DNA from: Euglena gracilis
Lineage: Eukaryota
Direction: 5' to 3'
DNA length: 64,000 nt
Assembly (NCBI GenBank): GCA_039621445.1
Contig: CP154954.1
Location: forward strand, 23,944,954 to 24,008,953
Shown here: positions 42,225 through 53,152 of the stretch, piece by piece
Position numbering within the stretch: position 1 is the stretch's first letter
Layout of the letters: the number at the start of each line of letters is the position of its first letter
Translations under genes and position numbers: made by a program
The notes under the pieces: model-generated
Told to the model about the DNA's origin: nothing
Seen by the model: the letters and a program-made list of their open reading frames with translations, nothing else
Databases searched by the model: none

Positions 42225-43050
42225 TCGCCAGGGGTAAGCTTCGCTCTTACCCATAAAGGGATAAGAGCTCAGCGACCCCCCCCCATATAGTCCGGCCCGC
42301 TCGGAGCTCTTTTGACTGAAATTCAGGGATTTGTGCCCGAAACGGGAGCCCAAAAAACACTCATTTTTGGCTCAAAAAAAAACACCTTTTCCGGGTCCGG
42401 GAGGCATGGGTTTGGGCAAAAAAAATTTCGAAATTTTCAACTTTTTTGACCCGGTTTTGACCCTAAATCCGTTGGTTTCGGACCCAAACCGGGGGGGCTG
42501 GGGAGTCGAAGGACGTTGGGTTTGGGCTGGAAAACACTTTTGTCCGGGAGGCAATGTTTCTGCGGGAGGCCAAAAAACATCGCTTCCGGCAAAAAAAACT
42601 TTTCGATTTTTTCCGACTTAATTCACCCAAAAATGACCCTAAGTCAATGCGTTGGCAGCCCAAAACGGGGCGCTGGCAGGTCGAAAAACGCTCATTTTCA
42701 GCTCAAAAACAGTTTTTCCGGGTCCGGGAGGCCAAAAAAAATCGTTTCGGGCAAAAAAGTTTTTTCGATTTGTTTTTGACTTTTTTGGCCCAAAAACGGC
42801 CAAGTCGGACAGTCGAAAAAGTGTATAAAATGGCCTAAATTGGCCGAAAAAAAAACGGCCGTATCTCGGGCTAGGCGGGGAGTTGCGGGGAAATCAAAAT
42901 ACCAGTAGATAGAGCATTCCAAGGGCTTCAAATTAGGTCTCCGGACATTTTCTTTAATTTTGCATCGTTTTCGAGAAATTTTGAAAACATTGATTTTTTG
43001 GCCCCCACCCTCGAAAACGTCGGACAGTGGGAAAAATGTACAAAGTGGCC
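37135..43050. repeat. Higher-order tandem array: 163-bp satellite blocks alternating with a ~0.5-0.75 kb spacer
   Basis: The 163-bp period is visible at 37551/37714/37877 and 40786/40949/41112. Spacer copies lie at ~38180-38945, 39577-40330, 41740-42270 and 42790-43050 (partial). A ~56-bp repeat occurs at 37135-37320 and ~38950. Confidence 0.93.
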
Positions 43051-43250
43051 ATCAAGGCCATCATGGGTCATGATGGGCATCCAGGGTCATGATGGCATCA
43101 TGGGTGATGATGGGCGTCATGGGTCAATGATGGGCGTCATGGGTCAATGATGGGCGTCATGGGTCAATGATGGGCATCAGGGGTCATGATGGTCAACGAT
43201 GGGCATCGTGGGTCATGATGCATCAAATGGGCATGATGGGCATCATGGGT
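43050..43250. repeat. Degenerate GATGGGC/GTCAT minisatellite
   Basis: Directly visible. Confidence 0.8.
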
Positions 43251-43734
43251 TCTTGGAAAATTGCACTACCATCCAGCCGCCCTCCGGGCGGCAATATATT
43301 TTTTTGTTCCATACAAAATGGCCCCGAGGACTCTTTTTTCGCAATATTCGTTTGATATCCCAAAACACAAAAGGCAACACCGTCTTGCTGCCCATTGGCA
43401 GCTTGAAACCTTTCAAATTGTGATGGTGTCAAAATGTCAAATTGGCATGATGTCAAAAAAATTGACACGTTTTTTTTTGTCACGTTCAATGCCTTCTTTC
43501 AAAAAAGTGCTACCGTCTCGCCGCCCTTTGGGCGGCAGAAAGGAAACAACACATACAAACAACATTGGTAACAGGGGTTTTTTCAGTCGTGGACCCCGGG
43601 GGGGGGGGTGCATAGTGGGCATTTTTTGTTCTTTTTAAAAACAAAACAACATGTTTTTTTAAAAAAAACATCAAAAAAAACAAAAGGAAATTTTCATTGA
43701 AAAAACTCGTTATGAAACTCCCAAACCATACTTT

Positions 43735-45352
43735 GGAGGCTAGGCGCGCCGCTCGGGGGGTCCGGGACCCCCCCCCCCTGCGCGGCCGCCCGCGCGGCCG
43801 CTCGCCCCCCCTGGACCCCCCCCCTCCCCCACTGTGCCTAGCATAGCCAAGAAAAAAATTTTGTGAAAAAATCGCGACTTTTTTGAGGCCCAAAAATGAC
43901 CAAAAATGACCATTTTCGGACATAAACATTTTCGGGCAAAGAACTTTTTTGGTCAAAAATGGCCCAAAAATGGCAAAAAATGACCACTTTTTGGACTCAA
44001 AAATCACCGATTTTAGGATGCTCGCCGCCCGCGCGGCCGCCCTCGGACCCCCCTCCCTCCCCCTCCCCCCCGCGTGGCCGCCCGCGCGGCCGCTCGCCCC
44101 CCCCTCAGCCATAGGTGCCGGATCAATTTTTTCTCGGGGGGGGGGCGAACATTCCATGGAAAGTCAACTTCTTGCATCCATTCTGCCGCCCGAAGGGCGG
44201 CAAGATAATGGACGTTCGGCGGTCCCCCCCCCCCTTGGGGGTCGGACCCCCTCGGCACGGCAAAATGGGTGCCCCCCCCCTGGTCGGCCGACCCCCTCGG
44301 CACGGCATGCCGAACCATGACACAAATACGACCACGTGCTATGCTCCAGAAAGGCAGCATTCATAGCTGGGTCATATACCACTTGACCATCTGACCGATG
44401 AAAATTTACTCCTTAACCATTGACGAAGCACATTGACTCACAACAGATGACAAATGATCCCGGTACTTGCATTTTGGGTCAGTTCTGGGCCAAAAATCTC
44501 GAAAAACCTCGAATTTTTTTTTTGCCCAAAACCATGGGCCATTTTTTTGGCCTCCCGGACCCAGAAAAAGTGTTTTCGCGCCGAAAAAGAGTGTTTTTCG
44601 ACCCCCGGCCCCCCGTTTTGGGCCCGAAACCCTTGTGTTTTGGGTCAGTTTTGTGCCAAAAAAACTCGAAAAAACTCGAATTTTTTTTTGCCCAAAACCA
44701 TGACCATGACCCCACCCCCCCCTCACCGGCTTTGTCACCCCTGAGTCCATCGTAGGGAGTCACCGGCTTTGTCCTGAGTCCGGACAAGGGGGGTGGGGGG
44801 TCCAAAAATGAACTGAACTAGACTACCTAGCCCCCATTTTGGTCCCAGGTGGGTGGGGTAAATTTTCGACCGCTGTGGCCAAGCTTGGGCCACATTGGGA
44901 AAAGCGTAGGACCTAATGCACATCTGCAAAATGCAGGGTCTGATTTTGCGCTGAAAATGGGGGGAGAAATTATCATTGGCCAAGAAAAATTGTCTCGTGT
45001 GATACGGTGTGAAACCTGTGCCTAGGACACAGGTTTCGGTGCAAAAACTGCTTCTTGGGGGTAGTTTGTGTACAAAAACCCATTGTGGCTGCCCGAAGGG
45101 CAGCGAGACGGTAACGGGTTGCGTTGAAAGAAAAGTGTGAAAATGGGCAGAAATAAACACCTTTGCAAAAAAGTTGACAGACTTTTGGGGGTTTCAATTT
45201 AAAAACAATTCTAGGATCCATAAAGAGTTCCAACCAGATGTGGAAAAAAAATTTCACCCAAAATCTCGGAAGGGGGGGGGGGGCGGCCGCCCCCCCGACC
45301 CCCCCTTGTGGCACCCCTGCCCTCAGCCCCCCCCCCGCTCTGCCTAGCCTCG
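43735..45352. mobile_element. Non-autonomous TIR element (GGAGGCTAGGC family)
   Basis: TTT|GGAGGCTAGGC...GCCTAGCCTCG|TTT, 3-bp TSD. The 5' end is shared with 47805-49375. It contains an inverted, diverged 163-bp satellite fragment at ~44480-44700. Confidence 0.75.
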
Positions 45353-45858
45353 TTTGAATCCTACTAAGTTCAAAAACATCCAAAAATGCAACAAAATGGA
45401 ATTTTATGACTTTTTTCATTTGTTGTGCAAGGAAATTTTTGGCAGAAATTACCCAAAAGTTGCCAAAAATCATTGAAAATGTGCATTCAAAAAATTTTCC
45501 ATGCAAAACCCACTGGGCGTTTTTTTTTGTTTTTTTTAAAAAAAAAACATTGTTAGAATTAAAAAAAAAACAAAAAACAACGTCAAAAAAAAACAGGCCC
45601 ACTATGGGTGGGTGGGTCCCACTGAGCCCCCGCCCCCCCCCCCCCGGGGTCACCCCAGGGGGAGTGGGATGTACTTTTCGGCGCCGAGGGCGCCGAAAAT
45701 ATTTGAAAAAGTGCTATGTTCGGAATTCTTCTGTTTATGGCCGGCGCTAACTTCGCTTCTGGCCCAGCATCTCGCCCCCCCCCAAGAAAAAATTGTTTCT
45801 ACACCGCTGTTTGTCACTACTTTTTGGACAGCCACTTAGAGATGAGAGCCCTCCTGCG

Positions 45859-46299
45859 TAGGGAGATTAGGCAGTAGACTTTGGTCATTTTGACCCCCTC
45901 CCCCCCCCCTATGGTGAAGTTCACCGTTTGAAAGTTCACCGGGGGGGGCCCGGACCCCCACCCCCCCCCCTCTGCCTAACCCATCGGTGAACTTCACCGG
46001 TGAAGTTCACCAAGAGAGCACTTTTTTGGCCAAAATGGCCCAAAATGGCATTTTGGGCAAGTTTTCGGAAATTTCGATAAAATTCCATGAAGCATCAACC
46101 TCAAAATGACCATTTTGAGAGGAAAGGAGCAAAATTTTACCCATGAAAATTTCACCCCCAACCATCAAAACGGTGAAGTTCACCGGTGAACTTCACCGGT
46201 GAACTTCACCGCCGAAAGTACCCCCCCCGGTGAATGTTCACCGGTGAACTTCACCGGGGGGGGGGGCACAGCCCCCCCCCACCCCTGCCTAACCTCCTA
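45859..46299. repeat. Element with arrays of the palindrome GGTGAA(G/C)TTCACC and terminal inverted repeats; partial second copy at ~36850-37040
   Basis: Ends TAGGGAGATTAGGCAG / CTGCCTAACCTCCTA; about 8 palindrome copies; no TSD seen. Confidence 0.6.
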
Positions 46300-47433
46300 G
46301 GATCTCGGTACTTGGGCACTCACAACATAGCTGGTGTTTTTTTTTGTTTTTTTAAAAAAAACGTTTTTTTTTGTTTTTTATTAAAAAAAAAACAGGCAAA
46401 AAAAAACGGCAAAAAAAACAAAGGGGAAAATGATGGTCCAAATTTTGCCTTTGATCGCAAGGGTGAACCAATCTTAGCTCAAATGACTTGAAAACCAATA
46501 CTTTTGGAGGTCTTCAACAAGAATGGTCAAAATAGGGCATTTTTCTGCCATTTTGGGATGTTTCAACTTGAAACATCCCAAATTTGGTGTCTTTCTCTGC
46601 CTGAGGATGCCTCTCTCTGCCTGCCTGAGGATGGGCAAAAAAAAAGCTAAAATTAAAGGCAAAAAATTTTTTTACCCTGGACCCTCAATGGCGTTTTTTT
46701 TTGTTTTTTTTAAAAAAAACATGTTTTTTAAAATTTTTTTAATTTTTTAAGTGCCAGCTATGAAATTTCATGATTGTGTGGTGCAGTGGGAGCGACTCAC
46801 AATTTAAAGATGTCGCGGACACAATGGGGACACCACCGGACTGGATTTGGAACACAAATATCCCCTGGACAAACGCCAGACTGCCAACCGGGAGGGGGGG
46901 ACCAAGCCCGAAAGAATCAAAACAGAAAAAAAAAATTATTGTGAGTTCCGCTGCGCTGAACACCCGTCCTCGGATTGTGGTTGGGCTGCCAAACTGTGCG
47001 CAATCCACCGCCTGAGTGGACATTGACGCCCCCTGCCAACAAGCAGCAGACGCAAATTAGCTGGAATTGGAACAATATCCACTGGCAAGAGTAGCCAGCC
47101 TGTCTGAGATGTGCGCTATGAACTACATCCATTCCTTGAAATCTGGAAATTGTGCCGCCCAAGGGTTGCCTAGAAACTCGACACACTTGGGCAAGAGGTC
47201 GCTGAAGGATGTATACCCTCCCCTCCAAAGCAAGCCTGCAAGAAACTCGACAACAATTTTGGCAAGATCGCATGAAAGCCCAGAGATACAAAGAACTGGA
47301 AGCAAACTGGCAGCTACCGAGATTTGTGTCACAAGACCTTACAGTCTGTCAACCCAGGGGCCTGGCTAAATTGTCGCCCTTCCCAAGCGCTTGGAACCCA
47401 GATGGAACATGTTGACCATCGCCTAGCACTCCA

Positions 47434-47709
47434 GTTAGCATTGGGTATCTTTCGAAAGATTGGGAAAATATGTTTCATTTCAGAAATTTTCCGGAAATAT
47501 TTCGGAAATTTTCGAAAAATGAAATATATTGCCTTCATTTTTGCAACCATGAAGGATACACCAGGACCTCGCCATGGTTTTCCTATTCAAGTAGGTTGAC
47601 GGGAAGGGTCCATATTTCAAATCTTTCAACGAGGGGAAAATATATTTCTGAAATTTCATGAAGTATTTCAAGTGAAGTATTTCAACATTTCTTTCGCCGC
47701 AATGCTAAC
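47434..47709. mobile_element. 276-bp AT-rich MITE
   Basis: TIR GTTAGCATTG/CAATGCTAAC, TSD TCCA; excision restores the host reading frame. Confidence 0.85.
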
Positions 47710-47804
47710 TCCAGTGGTGGCTCGGGCTCCCACTGCTCAACCCCAACGAGGTGGGGAGCACTTGTGCCCAATGTGCAGCCTGCTTGGATGCATGGGGAGA
47801 CCAT

Positions 47805-49375
47805 GGAGGCTCGGCGCGCCGCTCGGGGGGGTCCGGGACCCCCCCCCCCGCGCGGCCCCTGCGCGGCCGCTCGCCCCCCCCCTCGGACCCCCCCTCCCCC
47901 CACTGTGCCTAGCATAGCCAAGAAAAAGGCATTTTTTTGAGCAAAAAAAATGGCCCAAAAATGGCCAAAAATGACCACTTTTTGGACCCGAAAATGGGCC
48001 GCGCGCCGCCCGCGCGGCCGCCCTCGCAGGGGTGTAGAAGTAATTTTTTCTCGGGGGCGAGATCCTTGACAAGGCCCAATACAACATTGTTGTTGTTTTT
48101 TGCCGCCCGAAGGGCGGCGAGACGGTAGCGCTTTTTGGCATTGAATGTGACAAAAAACGTGGCAATTTTTGGCACAAATCCATCACAATTTGGAAGCTTT
48201 CAAGCCCAACGCAAGGGAAGGTGATGAACAAAAAAAAAAAAGAGTTGCCGCCCGAAGGGCGGCTGGACGGTAATGCATTTTCCCAAAAAGGTTCCCCAAA
48301 AAGAGCAAAACTTGTCAAAAAAAAAGCCTTGCTTTCAATTTTGAAAAAAAAGCCAAGTCAACATACATGTGTTTCTTGTTACCACCTGAAGGGCGGCGAA
48401 AAGGCAGTGGAAAAATTCACAAACAACAACCCAAATTGAAAAAAGAAAGGTTTCCGCCCCCTCCGACCCATGAGTTCTGGACTTGTTTTGCAGGGGTGTG
48501 GAAGTAATTTTTTCTCGGGGGGGGGAGATCCTTGACAAATGCCTAATGTAACCATTGTTTTTTTTTTCGCCGCCCGAAGGGCGGCAAGACAGCAGCGCTT
48601 TTTTGAAAGATGGCATTGAATGTGACACAAAATGTGGCAATTTTTGACATCATGGCACAATCCACCACAATTTCGACATAAGCCGCCCAACGGGCGGCAG
48701 GAGACGGTGATGCCTTTTGTGTTTTGAGATTTCAAAAAAAGGGATTTCAAAAGGAGTGCAAAATGCGGAAAAAGAGACGGTAATGAGAGTTCCCTCCCAA
48801 AACCCGCCCCCTCCGAGCTGTTTTGCATGGAACAAAAAAAAACGTATTGCCGCCCGAAGGGCGGCTGGACGGTAATGCATTTTCCCCAAAGGCTTCCCCC
48901 CAAAAAAGCCAAATTTGCAACAGAAATGGTGTGCTGTTTAAAATTTCGAATTTCGAGGCCAAGTCAAGGTGTATGTGTTTCCTGTTGCCGCCCGAAGGGC
49001 GGCGAGACGGCAGCGAGATACTCACAAACAATTGAAAAAAGAAGAATTTCGCCCTCCGACCCATGAGTTTTGGACTTGTTTGGCCGCCCGAAGGGCGGCG
49101 AGACGGTAGTGACCTCCAACAGCAATAACACCAAAAGGTTCAATGAAAGTTGAGCTTTTAATGTAATAAATTGAAAAGGCACAAAGAATGTGGTGAGAAA
49201 ATCACACACTTTTCAAAAAAAATTCTTTCTTTCCAAAATCTCGGGGGGGCGGCCGCCCCCCCCCCCCCCGACCCCCCACTTCTACACCTATGCGCCCTCG
49301 GCCCCCCCCCCCCCGCGCGGCTGCCCGCGCGGCCGCTCCCCCCCCCTCAGCCCCCCCCCACTGTGCCTAGCCTCC
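47805..49375. mobile_element. Non-autonomous TIR element (GGAGGCTAGGC family) with repeated GCCGCCC-GAA-GGGCGGC hairpins
   Basis: CAT|GGAGGCTCGGC...GCCTAGCCTCC|CAT; excision restores GDHAVTC. Confidence 0.88.
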
Positions 49376-49899
49376 CATGCAGTCACCTGCAAGGCCAATG
49401 GTCTAACCCAACGCCACACCATACTCCAGGACTAGCTACTTGCCACAGCACGAGAGGCTGGTATTACCTCCTCTAAAGAAGCCCAACTACCTCCTGATGG
49501 CTCCCGACCTGGTGACGTGCTCTTTCACACCTGGCGGGGTGGACCACCCTTGGCTATTCATCTTACTATTGTGCACCCATTACGACCTTCTGAACCCCGC
49601 CCCTCACCAGACTCTGTCAAGAAAATGTTACTACGTGAAGAACAAGCAAACTCAACAAATATGCGGTGGCATGTGAGAAAGTCCAATGGGACTTCAAAGC
49701 ACTAGTTTCATGAAATTTGGTTTGTATAGTCAAGCCTGTTAGGGAAAAAAAGTCCACAAGAATATTCCTGGAAAGAATCCCAAAGTGGTGGCAAAGTCAT
49801 TTTTTCCTTGTCTTGTGCGCCGTGTTGACCAAATGGTGAGCCATAATCTCAATCTCATCTGGAGTGGTTTGCTTTGTTGTGGTCGGCTGCACCGTTTGC

Positions 49900-50920
49900 C
49901 AACAGCAGGCTTTGTGTTTGCCCTTTTTGTTTCATTTTTTCCCTCGTGCAGATTTTCAACTCAACAACAGTTGTGTTCTTCCCCCGCTCCGCTTCAAAGG
50001 AGCAAGCGTGGCTTTTCGGAAGCGTGACACCATTCGCCGCCTGGTGGGCAAGGCCTTGCTCCACACTGGTGCCGCCAAGGATCAAGTGAGCAAGCTGAGT
50101 CCCCTGCAAGTGGGTGTCGGGGTTTCCCATCACAGCCTGGCAGGCAAGCTTACAGGGTACGGCACCTGGTTTCGCTCGGACTCCCGGAATCAGGAGCCGG
50201 TAGGTCCTTCCGCGACCGTCAAGGATTGCGCTGGTGGTACCACGGGGAGCTGTTGCCGTGGTCCATTTTGGCACTCTTGCTCCTGCCGTGGGGTGATTGC
50301 ACAAAATTCTCCTTGGCTCTGTGGCCCAAAACCATGAATTTCGGCAATCGCTGAGCGTACCCGGGACTCTAGTCCGTCAATGACCATGATTTGTTCAGCT
50401 GCAGATGCCCCGGGGTCCCCGTTCAAATGGGGAAAGGGCATGATGGCCTGGAGCAGGCGAGAAAAGCGGCGCCGAGAGCACTGGGAACCAAGATCCGCAG
50501 AGTGGTTGTTCCATTTGAGGCGAGCAAGAGCTTTGCGAGGCTGAGACCATGGGGAGTTGGTACGCCGTGGCGAGGGGGTCCGAATAGGGGGGGGGAGGGG
50601 GGAAATGGCCGGAAAATGGCGTGGCGAGGGGGTCTCGGATGGGGGGGGGGTGTACCATGGTTGCACAATGAAAAATGTGTTGGGTGGCGTGGAGAGGGGG
50701 TCCGGCTAGGGGGGGGGGAGGGGGGGTAAAGGCGTGGCGAGGCCCTCGGAGAGGGGGGGGAGGGGTGTACCAACCCCCCCATTTGGACGCCCTCCTGCTG
50801 GGGGCAGGATTTTGTGGGGCCTGGGTTGCTTTCCATGTCGGCACAACTGGCAAAGTGTTTGCCCCTTCCAAAGCGGCGGGGGGTGGTGTCGTAAACGAGC
50901 AGCAGGGGGGTTGTGCCATA
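49900..50920 (-). pseudogene. Decayed coding remnant with a 2A-like motif; host of the Gypsy insertion, continues at 60101-~60230
   Basis: The frame reads through the empty target site: ..LKDRKNTQYG|TTPLLLVYDTTPRRFGRGKHFASCADMESNPGPTK. Confidence 0.55.
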
Positions 50921-51247
50921 TGTAACTTTTCTCCTTGAACTGGAACTTCTCCAAACAACTTGATTGTTCGAGAACTTGAAATCTCCTACCTCTTGTTATA
51001 TTCTTGTCCAAGGTAAAGCCGCAGGCAAAGCACGTAATGTGCACTGCCAAACACGAAGAAACCACAGAACCAAAACTGTGAAGAGGAGGTGAGAGGAATG
51101 TACAATTACAGTAGCGAAACTGTCCGCGAAGCAGTTGATAGTGAAATCCTCAGCAGCAGGGAGCGGCCAAGGAGGAGACATCGCAAAGCGACGCCTGGGT
51201 AAGGGAAAAGTGATCTGTCCACTGGTAAATCAGGCTACGGCGTTACA
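50921..51247 (-). repeat. 3' LTR (327 bp)
   Basis: Near-identical to 59772-60100, with a few substitutions and one short variable tract. Confidence 0.97.
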
Positions 51248-51260
51248 ATCTCCCCCTCGC
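51248..51260 (-). promoter_or_regulatory. Polypurine tract
   Basis: GCGAGGGGGAGAT abutting the 3' LTR. Confidence 0.85.
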
Positions 51261-51468
51261 AAACAGGCAGGGCAGGTTTGCGACAAACGACGCGTTTCTC
51301 AATGGGTTGCCTACTGAAATTCAGCATCCTCAGCAGAGACTTTGGGTCTGGATTGGGGTCAAAGATCAGAAAACCTTGAAGGTACTCACCTCAGGCTTCC
51401 ATGGGTTCCTACTGGATCCTCTTACGGAAAAGCCAGGCAGGCACTCAAAGTTGAAGAGTGTGGTTTGC

Positions 51469-53147
51469 TCACTCATCAGAGAAGCAAAACAGGGTGGCCA
51501 TGCGGACAGGAATTCGGGAGGCAAGGTCTTGAGCGTTTTTCAGCGGGACATTCAAACTCTTGGACTCGCAATAATCCACAAAAGCTTTGGTCAGACAACC
51601 ATCATTGTGGATGAACGCTTTGATTGGTTCCCAAGTTGCGTCTTGGAGACCATAGCCTTTCCACACAGTCAGGAACCTCCAACCTTGTTTGTACTTATGC
51701 GTCTGGATGGATTCAACTTCAAAAAATCCATCTTCTTCAGTGTTGGGTTCCTCAGGTGGGACTTCAGGTTGGTTTGCCTCATCCCGAACGGAAATTTCTA
51801 CTTCGTCTTCATTGTCGCTCAGTTCTTCAGGCTGGTTTGGAAAATGCTTCAGGAACTCGAAAGCGACTTCAACTTCACCTCCCAGTTTCAGGGACGCTCT
51901 CAGAGAAACGGTGGAGTGCTTGACTTGGATGATTCGGAAAGGACCAAACCATTGGGATCCCAGCTTTGCAGTTGGCCATTGGGGAAACCGGTTGCGATGG
52001 ACCAGGACATAGTCATTGACTTGATAGACAGCGGTTGACCTTCCACGGTTGTTTCTCTGAAGCGCCTTTTCTCTGAGAGCTTTCAGCCGTTGGACAGCGG
52101 ACTCTTGAAGAGAAATTTGGTTGGTGATCCAGGTTTGGACATTCGGGTTGGCATCAGGCTCAGGGACAAGGTCAGGTTGCCAGGCGGGTCGACCGAAGAA
52201 AAGTTCAGCGGGGCACAGTTGGGTTGATGAGTGAACTTGGTTGTTCATTATCCAGGGGAACAAGGCGAATCCAGTCCTTTGATTTTTGGCTTGCCATCAA
52301 ACACCGCATGTTTTGTACGAAACCCCGATTCATCCTTTCGCACAAACCATTGTTCTCAGGCCTTCGGGCGGTTGAGAAATTTACTTTCACTTTCATGGCC
52401 TTCAGGGCGGATTGCCAAAATCCTCTTTCTGAAACGAAACGCACATCGTTGTCACTGAATATCTCTTTGGGGCGACCGAACTTCTGAATCCACTCTCTGA
52501 ACACAAGTTCCAGAACACCTTCGGCATCGATCCGTTTGCGGCAGGGGATGAACTGGGCAAAACGGGACAAACCACAGACAATTGTCAAAATGTAGTCCTT
52601 GCCAGCATATTCATCCATCGAGATGAAATCAAAATACAAAATTTCATTCACCATCGAAGGGATCGGCAATGCACCAACTAATCCTCGGTCTTTGGCTGAG
52701 TTTGGTTTTGCTTCAGCACAGATTCTGCAAGACAAAATGGTTTTCCGAACTTCTTCCATTAGGTCTTTCAGAGTCAAGTCAACGTGGAAATTGCTTTTCA
52801 GGAACCAGGTTGTCCTTTCGATTCCAGGATGTCCATTGATCGTGTGGCACCAGACAATTGTGTCAGGCAATTTTCCTTTCGGCAGAACAAGCTTCTTTTC
52901 ATTCCACAATTTGTTCTCGTCGCGGTAAAACATGGTTCCGTCAATCAGGGTTGCACTGTGAGGTTGGATTCTCCCCCAAACTGGTGCATACTCCTCTTGA
53001 TAGTCCTGGGCGCAAAGGTCCTTCATTTGTTCCAAAGCCTCCATTCTGAGATCAAGTTGGATGTCCATTCTTTGGAAAGCTTGGCGAGCCAGGTCCTCAC
53101 TGTCAGCTTGGAAAAGTTCACAAAAATTGTCACGGGAGAGCATATCA
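51469..53147 (-). pseudogene. Integrase (HHCC, DDE, GPY/F) plus chromodomain, frameshifted near 52260
   Basis: HTINGH..CRIC; YFDFI..FSDND..GLCERMN; WFGPFRI; FEVESIQTH..FLTVWKGYG..DATWEP. Confidence 0.93.
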
Positions 53148-53152
53148 CAGAG

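Larger units (their letters stand above)
46770..49720 (+). mobile_element. Decayed CRE-clade-like non-LTR retrotransposon, 3' part (CCHC finger and restriction-like endonuclease), split by two MITEs
   Basis: Removing 47434-47709 and 47805-49375 (each with one TSD copy) gives PGAWLNCRPSQALGTQMEHVDHRLALQWWLGLPLLNPNEVGSTCAQCAACLDAWGDHAVTCKANGLTQRHTILQD*LLATAREAGITSSKE..SRPGDVLFHTWRGGPPLAIHLTIVHP..K.NKY. The 5' boundary is approximate. Confidence 0.85.
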
